This document shows, one piece after another, positions 18,916 to 27,942 of a DNA stretch of 64,000 nucleotides. The DNA is from Candidatus Kerfeldbacteria bacterium RIFCSPLOWO2_02_FULL_42_19 (GTDB taxonomy: Bacteria > Patescibacteriota > Patescibacteriia > HO2-48-17). Where the stretch lies: NCBI GenBank assembly GCA_001818315.1, contig MHKF01000006.1, positions 17,148 to 81,147 of the forward strand, in the 5' to 3' direction. The notes beneath the pieces are model-generated. The model had not been told where the DNA came from and did no database searches. It saw nothing but the letters and a program-made list of their open reading frames with translations. The position numbers and the translations under genes are program-made. Within the stretch, counting starts at the first letter, position 1. The number at the start of each line of letters is the position of its first letter.

Positions 18916-19490
18916 TGAAAAAGGGTGCAAATAAAAAGATCATTATCATCTCCGGACCCTCAGGATCGGGACAGGATACGCTGATTCAAGAACTGCGAGC
19001 ATTCATGCGATTCACGAAAGTCATCACGACCACATCACGCACGCAACGAGAGGGAGAACGGCAAAGTCGAGATTATTTTTTTGTTACTCAGCAAGCATTC
19101 GAAAAAGCACTCGCAGATGGCGCGCTGCTCGAATGGAAAAAAGTTTACGGTGAATATAAGGGAATAACTCATAAGGCATTCAATCGAGCGGTCAAAGAGC
19201 GATACCCGGTACTTTTGAAATTAGATTGGCGAGGCACACAGACTATAAAACAACTTTTTCCAAACGCACTGGCCGTTGGAATTCGTTTACCAAAAATTTC
19301 AATACTCAAACGCCGCATTGCTCGGAGACAAAAAGACGGCCAGCACATTTTTGAGCGACGATGGAAAGGGACCCAAGAGTGGCTAAAACACTATGATATT
19401 TATGACGTCGTAATTGATAATGAGGAAGGTAAAGTCAGGCAAACAAGTCGGAAACTCGCGTCGCTTATCAAGCATTATTTGGAATCATGA
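18915..19490 (+). CDS. Guanylate-kinase-like P-loop NMP kinase with a degenerate Walker A (GPSGSGQD)
   Basis: IIIISGPSGSGQDTL and the downstream YFFVTQQAFEKALADGALLEWKKVYGEYKGI resemble gmk. The invariant Walker A lysine is replaced by Q. The start overlaps the pnp stop (TAATG). Confidence 0.5.
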   Translation: MKKGANKKIIIISGPSGSGQDTLIQELRAFMRFTKVITTTSRTQREGERQSRDYFFVTQQAFEKALADGALLEWKKVYGEYKGITHKAFNRAVKERYPVLLKLDWRGTQTIKQLFPNALAVGIRLPKISILKRRIARRQKDGQHIFERRWKGTQEWLKHYDIYDVVIDNEEGKVRQTSRKLASLIKHYLES

Positions 19491-20731
19491 ACGTAGGAAT
19501 GAAAGTTCTCTACCTCGTTTTGAGTAGTATCGCCACATTGTTATTCGGCGGGATCATGTTCGGTGTGACGTACTTTGCACAGAGTCGTATGGATCATATT
19601 CTCCCTTTCGTACCAGCGAATGCAACTGCCTATTTTCATGATCGAGACGGAAATGCAACATCGTTCCTGAAAGTGTTCTTTCCAGGGAACGAAGATTTTT
19701 TTGTAGAAAATCAAGAAACCGGAATCGTAGTGAATACATCACAAGAGGTTGTAATCATGAGATATCAAAAGAAGAATATCGTGATAGAAAGTAGAAGTAA
19801 AAAAGCCGTGACAGAAGTGTTGGATGATTTGAATAATGAAACCGCGCAATATGATTTTGCGCGTCACACAATAGGAAGTGCGTTTCGGCAAAAACAAGTC
19901 GGTCTTTTTCCTGTGTACGGTATTCTGACCGAAAGCTTTCAAGGCAATCTGCGAAAGACATTGCCATGGATCGATCCGAACCAAAAAGGTATACAGTTCT
20001 TGTTAGCAAGACAAGTCGCAGAAGGTGCATTCGATGATATCGATGAAAAAGCCACATGGGCACTGCGTTTTCAATTGCAATCGCGACTTGGCTTTGCGAA
20101 TGTTTGGGGTTTTCAAAAGACGGAGGTTCAAATATTGGAGGGATACAAGCCAGTGTTGTTTGTTTCCCCCGGTGACATTGATGTTTTTCAAAAATACACA
20201 GACTTGTTTACGCCTTTTGCAGCATTGCCACGCGTGATACGCAAGGATTTTCCACAACTTATTCGCGCCTCCAATATTATTGTGTATAAGGAGGGTGAAA
20301 ATACACGCTGGCTTATTACATGGCCTCAGATGTACGATAAGGAGGTTGCGTTGTTAGTTCAGAAGTTGGCTCAAGAAGCATTTCCACAAGGAAGCGATTC
20401 AACAACACTCCCAGATGGTAGCAGTTATGCAACGTTAGTGCCTTCCGAATATCCCTTTCCGTCGCAAGACACAAATATCAATACATTCAAGCTCAGGCAA
20501 TATAAAAAAGATACTTGGGAACTGAATATTTTGGAGTCGACGGTGGGGATAGTCCTTACAAATATGTTAAATCCCGTCGAGAAACTCGATATACTCAACA
20601 AACCAAAGCCCGATTTTCTTGCGAGTAGTAATAAACAGGCGACTGTGTATGATCGAATGGGTAAAGATTACAACATATATATTGTGAAAAATCAAAGGGA
20701 CGAAGCATTATTTGGGTACATGTGGAAATAG
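19487..20731 (+). CDS. Hypothetical membrane-anchored protein
   Basis: It has an N-terminal TM helix (VLYLVLSSIATLLFGGIMFGVTYF). The start overlaps the gmk-like stop (ATGA). No family was recognised. Confidence 0.4.
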   Translation: MNVGMKVLYLVLSSIATLLFGGIMFGVTYFAQSRMDHILPFVPANATAYFHDRDGNATSFLKVFFPGNEDFFVENQETGIVVNTSQEVVIMRYQKKNIVIESRSKKAVTEVLDDLNNETAQYDFARHTIGSAFRQKQVGLFPVYGILTESFQGNLRKTLPWIDPNQKGIQFLLARQVAEGAFDDIDEKATWALRFQLQSRLGFANVWGFQKTEVQILEGYKPVLFVSPGDIDVFQKYTDLFTPFAALPRVIRKDFPQLIRASNIIVYKEGENTRWLITWPQMYDKEVALLVQKLAQEAFPQGSDSTTLPDGSSYATLVPSEYPFPSQDTNINTFKLRQYKKDTWELNILESTVGIVLTNMLNPVEKLDILNKPKPDFLASSNKQATVYDRMGKDYNIYIVKNQRDEALFGYMWK

Positions 20732-21059
20732 TGTGAATAAAATGTGGAAAAATAAAAAAATTATCCACAAAGTATATAATCACATTTCGTAATGTGTGGT
20801 ACAACAGAAAAAAATTTTCGCGTCAAATTCACAAAAAAAGAGCTAAGGAAAAATAAAAAATACAAAAGAACACCAAGAGAACAAGTGACAGATTGACCCG
20901 AATAGAAAAGTCTGCTATACTAAAAATATAAATTTCACATATTGCACTTTACCATTTTCTACACAACTTCCTTACCTCATACAAATAGGGATGGGCGTGG
21001 ACTGAAGCAGAATGCGCGCAAATGTTCCAATCTAGGTCCATCTCTATTACTGCCAAATG

Positions 21060-21300
21060 AAACAAAAACAAAACATTATACACCATCGCGTCTTTGACGC
21101 ATATGGCGGGGTAGAGAGAAGGTTAAGACACCTATATTTTGATAATATAGGGTCTGGAATGCACATTGTCCCTGGTAAGCGTTATCACCTCAATCTTCTT
21201 TAGCGGAGGAAAGAGGGAGCTGCCGGAGACGAAGGCGCATCCGGCCCATACAATTATTTTGGGACCAGGAGGGTCCCGGGGGCGCGTGATGCGCCTCTTC
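21060..21300. ncRNA. Candidate structured RNA: a GC-rich nested-hairpin region in an AT-rich intergenic stretch. The family is not identified.
   Basis: GCGTC-TTTGA-CGC, GCCGGA-GACGAAGGCGCA-TCCGGC, and GCGCATC...GGGACC-AGGA-GGGTCCC...GATGCGC form nested perfect stems. The region is upstream of the dksA-like gene. No RNase P, tmRNA or SRP signature motifs were recognised. Confidence 0.2.
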
Positions 21301-21319
21301 ATTTTGTGAAACCTTAAAA

Positions 21320-21715
21320 TTGATGATTATGAATCAAGAAGAGTTCAATAATATACGTCAGAACTTAGAGCTTGAAAAAACGCGTATCGAGAAAGCATTA
21401 CAAGGTGTGTCACATGCCGATGAGCGAGATCACGTACCCGGCGAGCATGAACCGACGTTTCCAGACTATGGAGATGATAACGCGACAGAGTTAGAAGATA
21501 ATTCACCAAACGAAGTGGCTGATTTTGCTCGGAACGTGAGTGTGACAGGCGATCTTGAACATGAACTCGAACGAATAAAAAAAGCGTTGCGACGTCTTCC
21601 AGAGGGAGATTACGGACGTTGCGTACGATGTAAAAAAGAAATACCTCTAGCGCGACTGAAGGTTTATCCCGCAGCATTGTATTGTTTGCAGTGTGCACAA
21701 CACGAAGGAGAATAG
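21320..21715 (+). CDS. DksA/TraR-family C4-type zinc-finger protein
   Basis: The C-terminus CVRCKKEIPLARLKVYPAALYCLQC is a CxxC-x17-CxxC finger. The N-terminal half is an acidic coiled region. Confidence 0.65.
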   Translation: MMIMNQEEFNNIRQNLELEKTRIEKALQGVSHADERDHVPGEHEPTFPDYGDDNATELEDNSPNEVADFARNVSVTGDLEHELERIKKALRRLPEGDYGRCVRCKKEIPLARLKVYPAALYCLQCAQHEGE

Positions 21716-21754
21716 TTTCGTTGCACAGGCTTTATTGGAAAAGAGTACAAGTCG

Positions 21755-22207
21755 ATGCGACAGTTTTCAAAAAAATTGATATTTTTCAGTTCGAGTGTTT
21801 TTGTTATCGATAGAATTACAAAAATAATCGCCGTACAATTTGTAGGTAGAACGATGAATCTAGGATCGTTTGTACATTTGCAAACCAGCTATAACAGCGG
21901 CATCGCATGGGGCATTGCTGCGCCTTTCTGGCTCATGATACTCCTCACGCCTTTCATTTTTTTTCTGCTTATCATCTGGTGGAAGCAGGCGTATGCTCAA
22001 AATAAAAAATGGGAAAGTATAGCAAGTAGCGCGATTCTCGTAGGAGCGGTAAGTAATTTGATAGATCGCATTTTCTATAGCGGAGTGATTGATTTTATAG
22101 CCATTGGCTGGTGGCCTGTATTTAATATTGCTGATATATTGATCAGTGTTGGCGTACTCCTTGGCGGCGTACAAATATTGCGATATGAAACGCTTTCAAA
22201 GACGTAA
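21755..22207 (+). CDS. lspA: Lipoprotein signal peptidase (signal peptidase II)
   Basis: It has the conserved SYNSGIAWGI, NLIDR...GVIDFI and FNIADILISVGV boxes and four TM helices. Confidence 0.8.
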   Translation: MRQFSKKLIFFSSSVFVIDRITKIIAVQFVGRTMNLGSFVHLQTSYNSGIAWGIAAPFWLMILLTPFIFFLLIIWWKQAYAQNKKWESIASSAILVGAVSNLIDRIFYSGVIDFIAIGWWPVFNIADILISVGVLLGGVQILRYETLSKT

Positions 22208-22487
22208 AGAAGATTTTGTTTGCGAATATTGTCATACGGTTGTGATCGGTGATGGATATACGAATCACTGTCCACAGTGTCTCGTCTCAAAACATGTAGA
22301 TATATTTCCAGGAGACAGAGCAGCGAACTGCGGTGGACGTATGAACGTCGCAGCGATTGATTTCCAAGACGGGGAATATATCCTCATTCATGAATGCGTA
22401 CGCTGCAGGCATCGTAAAAATAATAAAGTATCTCCACGTGATTCATTTCACACACTCTTTGCACTCATACAGGAACGGAATTCCTGA
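22185..22487 (+). CDS. RNHCP-domain cysteine-rich protein
   Basis: CEYCHTVVIGDGYTNHCPQCLVSKH...CVRCRHRK carries the (R/T)NHCP motif plus paired CxxC motifs. The start (MKRFQRRKEDF) overlaps the 3' end of lspA by about 23 nt. Confidence 0.5.
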   Translation: MKRFQRRKEDFVCEYCHTVVIGDGYTNHCPQCLVSKHVDIFPGDRAANCGGRMNVAAIDFQDGEYILIHECVRCRHRKNNKVSPRDSFHTLFALIQERNS

Positions 22488-22538
22488 GGTCAGAGAGACA
22501 AGACTCACCGACGTTACGAGAAGCACTAAAATGAAAGT

Positions 22539-23213
22539 ATGAGTTTATATATTGTGCCGACACCCATTGGAAATCTTGCAGACATCACGCTGCGTGCATT
22601 GGAAATACTCAAAAGTGCTGATCTGATTGTTTGCGAAGATACACGACACACAAGCATTTTACTCAAGCACTATAATATTCAGAAACCAACAGAAAGTTAT
22701 CATCAACATTCAAGCGCAGCAAAAGAAAAATTACTCCTCGAAAAACTGAAAGCAGGGCATCATCTTGCTCTGGTGAGTGATGCAGGAACCCCGGGAGTAA
22801 GCGATCCAGGACAAAAACTCGTCCAAAAGGCAATCGAAGTCGGCATCGAAGTTATTCCATTACCAGGGCCATCTGCTTTGATTACAGCAGTTTCTGGAGC
22901 AGGAATCCCTCTCTCTCGTTTTGTGTTTCTCGGTTTTATACCACACAAGAAAGGAAGAAATAAGCTTTTCGAATACATTGCCGCTTCGGAATTGCCTTGT
23001 GTGGTATATGAATCGCCGCACCGGATTCAAAAAACTTTACAACAATTTGTAGGTATCCTTACAAAGGATCGGAAGATGATAGTCGCGAAAGATATCAGTA
23101 AACGTTATGAGCGTTTTATACGCGGTACTGCGGACAGTATTTTGAAGGAAATCAACGCGATGGAAAAAGTTGTGGGCGAGTTTGTCATCATTATAGATCG
23201 TAAAAGTAAATAA
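22539..23213 (+). CDS. rsmI: 16S rRNA (cytidine1402-2'-O)-methyltransferase RsmI
   Basis: The N-terminus is LYIVPTPIGNLADITLRALEILKSADLIVCEDTRHT, a canonical RsmI tetrapyrrole-methylase fold. Confidence 0.85.
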   Translation: MSLYIVPTPIGNLADITLRALEILKSADLIVCEDTRHTSILLKHYNIQKPTESYHQHSSAAKEKLLLEKLKAGHHLALVSDAGTPGVSDPGQKLVQKAIEVGIEVIPLPGPSALITAVSGAGIPLSRFVFLGFIPHKKGRNKLFEYIAASELPCVVYESPHRIQKTLQQFVGILTKDRKMIVAKDISKRYERFIRGTADSILKEINAMEKVVGEFVIIIDRKSK

Positions 23214-23341
23214 AAAGGAGGAGATTATAGCTTTCGAAGCACTGACAGTGCACAGTGGGCTGAGAAAGCTATAATCTCCTCCTTTTCTTCTATGATCACA
23301 ATGTATTTTTCACAAGCGAAAGTGCATTCGGCGATAACCCC
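23213..23341. repeat. Structured element B: A-tract, perfect 19-bp stem (AAAAGGAGGAGATTATAGC / GCTATAATCTCCTCCTTTT) with a 36-nt conserved loop, then T-tract. The 3' flank encodes the last 15 codons of comM.
   Basis: It lies between the convergent rsmI and comM genes, like a bidirectional intrinsic terminator but with an unusually large loop. The loop and 3' flank are homologous to element A (7546-7675). Confidence 0.6.
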
Positions 23342-24876
23342 ATTCTTTTTTCCGCGACTTCACGAACACGATACTGCAAAGCTTCCTGCAGATGTTGTGC
23401 ATGTACTTCTGATTTTTGTTCAATATCAGCAATCGTTCGCGCCACTTTCATGATACGAACGATACTGCGAGGAGAAAGTGAATAATGCGTCATGGCTTTT
23501 TGCAGAATATTTTGGCATTGATTGTTTAAAGATAAAAAATTGCGCAGATTTTTACTTGGAATTTCGCTGTTTGTAAAACAACCAATCGAGGACAAACGAT
23601 TTTGTTGAATTATGCGGGCAGTAGCAACCTGTTCACGCAAGGTTGGAGTGAAAGTATTTTTTTGGGTTGAATGAAAAAATTCCGTGGGTGTCAGACGAGG
23701 GATTTCAATATGCATATCGATACGGTCAAGAAAAGGACCAGAAAGTTTTTTTTCATACCGTGTAATTTCTTGAGGTGAACAAGTGCAATCCACTTGTGTA
23801 TCAAAACGAAAGCCACAAGGACACGGATTCTGTGCAGCTATCAGCATCATGCATGCAGGAAAAACAAGGGAATTACGGATTCGGCTGAGGCGTATGCTAT
23901 ATGATTCGAGCGGCTCGCGTAGTGATTCCAAAACTGATCGACGGAATTCCGGAAGTTCATCCAAAAAGAGTACGCCTCGGTGCGCAAGAGAAATTTCTCC
24001 TGGTTTCGGAGACGCACCGCCTCCAACAATGCTCGCATACGAAGCAGTATGATGTGGAGCACGAAAGGGTCGCGTCGTAATAATGGGTTGTGATTCTGTC
24101 AAAAGTCCTGCAATACTATATAATTCAGTGACTTCAACGATTTCCTTTTCGGACATCGGTGGCAGAATTGCCGGGACGCTTTGCGCAAGAAGTGTTTTTC
24201 CGGCGCCAGGAGGGCCGGTGAGGAGAATGTTATGTCCTCCAGCAGCAGCAAGCGTAAGCGCTCGTTTTGCAAAAACGTGACCGCGAATATCATCAAAATT
24301 CGTTTGAGGTGTGACCTGTTTTAGGGTGTTTGTAGAAGTTGTAGGCGAGGAAAAGCTGGATAGTGTGTAGTTTCCAGTAAGAAAATCAAGCACTTGTTTG
24401 AGATGTCGAATCGGATAGAGAGTCAAACCGCTGATAAGCGCTGATTCATGAGCGTCTTTCTCAGGAAGAATCAAGTGAGTGATACGAGAGCGTTTTGCGA
24501 TATTTGCCAATACAATAGCTCCTTGAATAGAACGAATCGTGCCATCAAGTGCAAGCTCTCCAAGAAAAAGATAATTTTTAGGTATCTGTATTTCAGGATG
24601 ATGCACAGCAAAGATACCAACAGCAATAGCAAGATCGTATAACGCTCCTTCTTTTTTGATAGAGGCCGGTGCGAGATTCACAGTAATACGCATGGGCGCA
24701 AAACGACAACCCACATTTTTTAAAGCTGCTCTCACGCGCTCTTTAGCTTCTTGTACTGCAGTATCCGGTAGTCCAACAATTGTACAACTGGGTAACCCGG
24801 CGGAAAGATCGACCTCCACTTCTATCAGTGTGCCAGCAAGTCCGATGCGAGCCACTGAATAAACTGTTTTCATCAT
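23296..24876 (-). CDS. comM: YifB/ComM-family Mg-chelatase-like AAA+ ATPase
   Basis: It has a Lon-like N-terminal domain. The AAA+ Walker A is NILLTGPPGAGKTLLAQ, and the arginine-finger region is ...VLFLDELPEF... A ChlI-type C-terminal domain follows. Confidence 0.85.
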   Translation of the reverse strand: MMKTVYSVARIGLAGTLIEVEVDLSAGLPSCTIVGLPDTAVQEAKERVRAALKNVGCRFAPMRITVNLAPASIKKEGALYDLAIAVGIFAVHHPEIQIPKNYLFLGELALDGTIRSIQGAIVLANIAKRSRITHLILPEKDAHESALISGLTLYPIRHLKQVLDFLTGNYTLSSFSSPTTSTNTLKQVTPQTNFDDIRGHVFAKRALTLAAAGGHNILLTGPPGAGKTLLAQSVPAILPPMSEKEIVEVTELYSIAGLLTESQPIITTRPFRAPHHTASYASIVGGGASPKPGEISLAHRGVLFLDELPEFRRSVLESLREPLESYSIRLSRIRNSLVFPACMMLIAAQNPCPCGFRFDTQVDCTCSPQEITRYEKKLSGPFLDRIDMHIEIPRLTPTEFFHSTQKNTFTPTLREQVATARIIQQNRLSSIGCFTNSEIPSKNLRNFLSLNNQCQNILQKAMTHYSLSPRSIVRIMKVARTIADIEQKSEVHAQHLQEALQYRVREVAEKRMGLSPNALSLVKNTL

Positions 24877-25001
24877 ATAAAAAAACGCCCCGCTCTTGAG
24901 GACGCTTACTCGATAATGTTATTGTAGTGCAAAGTAAAAAAAGATGCAAGTCTATTTTCGCTATGGTAACATAGTGAGTACATATCGAATCACCGAAAAA
25001 T

Positions 25002-26666
25002 ATGATGTCCATACGACGCAAAGAAAAACTCATTCACACTTTACGATGGATCGTGAAAGGCCGATGGGCGATCATCGTAGGGATTCTTGCTGTTGGTCTG
25101 GCGCAGCGTTCTATTAATGTTGTTTCAATCCATTTACCAAGTAGTGTCATGATCACCCTCGCATTGACAGCGATTACATATAACTTGACATACTATTTCC
25201 TGCTGCGCCGAGGGATGCGTCTAAACGCATGGACCCTTCGCATCCTTGCCATCGCGCAAGTCTTCGTAGATCAACTCCTCTTTACCTACATTATTTACAT
25301 TAGCGGAAGTTCGGAAAGTCTTTCGTTTATATTTTACTTTTTCCCCATCCTCATAGCGACCGTACTCTTCCGCAATATAGGTATTTTACTCTTTGCATTC
25401 GTGAATAGTCTTCTCTACATTTTTCTCATTGTGATAGAAATGAACACAATATTGCCTTTTGTTGCACGCTATGATTTTGTATCCGGCATTCACGGTAATA
25501 TCCCAGTGATGATTTCAAATACATTGACGATCGTTGCAGTCATTATGCTCGCTGCATTTTTTTCGACGTACATTTCCAATATGATTCGGGACAGAGAACG
25601 TGAAATTCTTACGGAGCAAGATAAAGTGAATTCTATTTTAAACAGTCTGCCAGACGGTGTGATTATGATTGATGTAACTGGAAAAGTGATTGCGTTGAAT
25701 CCTCAAGGCGCAGAAATGCTTCAAGTAAAAGCCTCCGCTATCATCGATAATATCCTCGTGAAAGAAAATTTTATTCCGGAACTTCAAGAACTTGGCGCTC
25801 ATATTATTCAGCAAGGTTCTCACACACATATTGAGAGTAAAGAAATAGAAGTGGAAGAGCGCGGGATGAGACACGTGTATAAAATTACGACAATCCCTGT
25901 ATTTAACGCTCTCGGCAAGATTATGGGATCGATGAAGGTCATCACGGATTATACACGAGAGCGCGAACTCGACAGAATGAAATCAGATTTTATTTCTATA
26001 GCAGCTCACCAACTGCGCACGCCGCTTTCTGGTGTGAAATGGCTCTTAAAGATGATTATTGACGGCGATATGGGTCCATTGAATGAAGAACAGAGAAAAT
26101 TTCTGACACGAGGATATCAAAATCAGGAACGAATGATATCACTCATTAATGATTTGCTTGATGTGTCACGTATCGAAGAGGGGAGATTTAAATTAAATAC
26201 GGAACTTCAGCAGATTGAAAAAAGTATTATTGAGAGCATACGTGCTATTGAAACTCTGGCACAGAAAAAAAATATACAAGTTCGTTTTATAAAACCAGAG
26301 AAGCTGTTGCCACCTGTACTATTTGATAAGGAGAAAATTGAACTTGTGCTCCAAAACCTTCTCGATAACGCCATAAAATATACAAAAAAGAATGGCCACG
26401 TATTAGTGAATATTCTACAGGAAGGGAACATGGTGACAGTAAGTATCCAAGATAATGGAGTAGGTATTCCACAAGATCAACAGAAGAAACTCTTTTCAAA
26501 ATTTTTCCGAGCGCGTAATGTTATGCAAATGCATACAGATGGGTCGGGACTTGGATTATTTATTGTGAAAAATGTTCTCACGACTCATGGAGGGGACGTA
26601 GGAATCGAGAGCGAAGAAGGGAAGGGTACAAAAGTATGGTTTTCTTTGCCCATTCACAGAGTTTAA
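25002..26666 (+). CDS. Sensor histidine kinase (multi-TM, PAS, HisKA, HATPase_c), paralog of 13305-15026
   Basis: The H-box is ISIAAHQLRTPLSGVKWLL, the N-box is LLDNAIKYTKKNGH, the G1-box is DNGVGIP, and the G2-box is GSGLGLFIVKNVLTTHGGDV. The domain order matches the 13305-15026 HK, and the HisKA region is about 60% identical to it. Confidence 0.8.
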   Translation: MMSIRRKEKLIHTLRWIVKGRWAIIVGILAVGLAQRSINVVSIHLPSSVMITLALTAITYNLTYYFLLRRGMRLNAWTLRILAIAQVFVDQLLFTYIIYISGSSESLSFIFYFFPILIATVLFRNIGILLFAFVNSLLYIFLIVIEMNTILPFVARYDFVSGIHGNIPVMISNTLTIVAVIMLAAFFSTYISNMIRDREREILTEQDKVNSILNSLPDGVIMIDVTGKVIALNPQGAEMLQVKASAIIDNILVKENFIPELQELGAHIIQQGSHTHIESKEIEVEERGMRHVYKITTIPVFNALGKIMGSMKVITDYTRERELDRMKSDFISIAAHQLRTPLSGVKWLLKMIIDGDMGPLNEEQRKFLTRGYQNQERMISLINDLLDVSRIEEGRFKLNTELQQIEKSIIESIRAIETLAQKKNIQVRFIKPEKLLPPVLFDKEKIELVLQNLLDNAIKYTKKNGHVLVNILQEGNMVTVSIQDNGVGIPQDQQKKLFSKFFRARNVMQMHTDGSGLGLFIVKNVLTTHGGDVGIESEEGKGTKVWFSLPIHRV

Positions 26667-26699
26667 TCTCTTTGCAAATTTCTGTTATAATACTATTAT

Positions 26700-27086
26700 A
26701 TGACACAGCAAAAGAAATTCGCCGTGCTCATTATTGAAGATGATACTTTTTTGCATGAGCTCTCGAAAAAAAAGTTTATACAACAAGGATACGAGGTCAT
26801 TTCGGCATTTAACGGCGAAGAAGGAAAGCGAAAAATCCAACAAAAATTTCCTGACATTATTCTGCTCGATCTATTGCTCCCAGAAATGGATGGGTTGGAT
26901 CTCCTTAAAGAATTGAAAGAAAATAGAGCAACTCAACATATCCCAGTCGTTATTGTAAGCAATTACAGTGATCGCGAAAGAGTGCAGAAAGGTTTAGCGC
27001 TCGGAGCGAGCGATTATATCATTAAGGCGCATTTCACGCCGGATGAAATTGTACAAAAAGTGAATACACTTTTGAAAAAATCATAA
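26700..27086 (+). CDS. Single-domain response regulator (REC only)
   Basis: It carries FAVLIIEDDTFLHELS...DIILLDLLLPEMDGLDLL...PVVIVS...ASDYIIKA. Confidence 0.8.
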   Translation: MTQQKKFAVLIIEDDTFLHELSKKKFIQQGYEVISAFNGEEGKRKIQQKFPDIILLDLLLPEMDGLDLLKELKENRATQHIPVVIVSNYSDRERVQKGLALGASDYIIKAHFTPDEIVQKVNTLLKKS

Positions 27087-27090
27087 CATT

Positions 27091-27915
27091 ATGCAAAATA
27101 TTATCTTTATTGAACACGACCTGGCAATTCAAGAAGCATTACTTCCTACTCTCAAGGTAGCGGGTTTTACTGTTGAACTTGTAGAAGACGGTGAAGTTGG
27201 TTTTCAAAAGATTAAAAATATGAAACCAAATTTAGTATTACTCGACGCTGATGCGCCGAAAAAGAACGGTCGAGAAATTTTGGAAGCTATTCGCACTGAT
27301 TTTGACCTCGCTTTCATTCCCGTCGTTGTTATTATGAATAACCAAAATCAAAAAGTCACAGAACAGTATCTTGATCTCGGTGCGTGTGATACTCTTGCAA
27401 AAGAGAATATAACCGCAGAAGTGGTGCTCAATAAAGTCCAAAAATGTTTCGGTCTAGGCGGCGGATTTCTTGGAACAGAAAATTTCGAAAACGAGGAACA
27501 AGAAAATACTCTCGCAATGCCAAGCACATCAGAAGCAAAAATTTTGATTATCGAAGATGATCAATTTTTAAGTGAGTTGTGTCAAACGAAACTTGGTAAA
27601 GAAGGTTATCAAGTAGTCACGGCGCTTGACGGTGAGACAGGATTACAAAAGGCAATCACAGAAAAACCCGAACTCATTTTACTTGATTTATTATTGCCAG
27701 GAATTGATGGTTTTGAGGTGTTGAAAAAAATAAAAGCTCATAGTGAAGAAGCAGTACGCAATATTCCGGTACTACTTTTTTCGAATTTTGGACAAGAAGA
27801 TAAAATCCAAATGGGTATGTCTCTCGGAGCTATTGATTATCTGGTAAAAGCAAATTTTACGACCGACGAAATCGTCAACAAGATAAAAAAGGTACTCATA
27901 GAAAACAAAAGATAA
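27091..27915 (+). CDS. Response regulator with two receiver domains (REC-REC) and no output domain, paralog of 12200-13075
   Basis: REC2 (ILIIEDDQFLSELCQ...ELILLDLLLPGIDGFEVL...PVLLFSNFGQED) closely parallels REC2 of the 12200-13075 protein. REC1 has EHD in place of the usual acidic pair. Confidence 0.75.
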   Translation: MQNIIFIEHDLAIQEALLPTLKVAGFTVELVEDGEVGFQKIKNMKPNLVLLDADAPKKNGREILEAIRTDFDLAFIPVVVIMNNQNQKVTEQYLDLGACDTLAKENITAEVVLNKVQKCFGLGGGFLGTENFENEEQENTLAMPSTSEAKILIIEDDQFLSELCQTKLGKEGYQVVTALDGETGLQKAITEKPELILLDLLLPGIDGFEVLKKIKAHSEEAVRNIPVLLFSNFGQEDKIQMGMSLGAIDYLVKANFTTDEIVNKIKKVLIENKR

Positions 27916-27942
27916 AAAATATCCCATCCATCTGTGGTGATT

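Noticed and set aside
20990-21300. Tried to assign the GC-rich structured region to RNase P RNA, tmRNA or SRP RNA
   Set aside because: GGAGGAAAG is present but the P4 UCCGGGC and ACAGAA/CCGGCUUA motifs are absent. There is no tRNA-like GGTTCGA...CCA end, and no SRP domain-IV GGAA/AGCAGC motif. No family assignment is justified without covariance-model searches.
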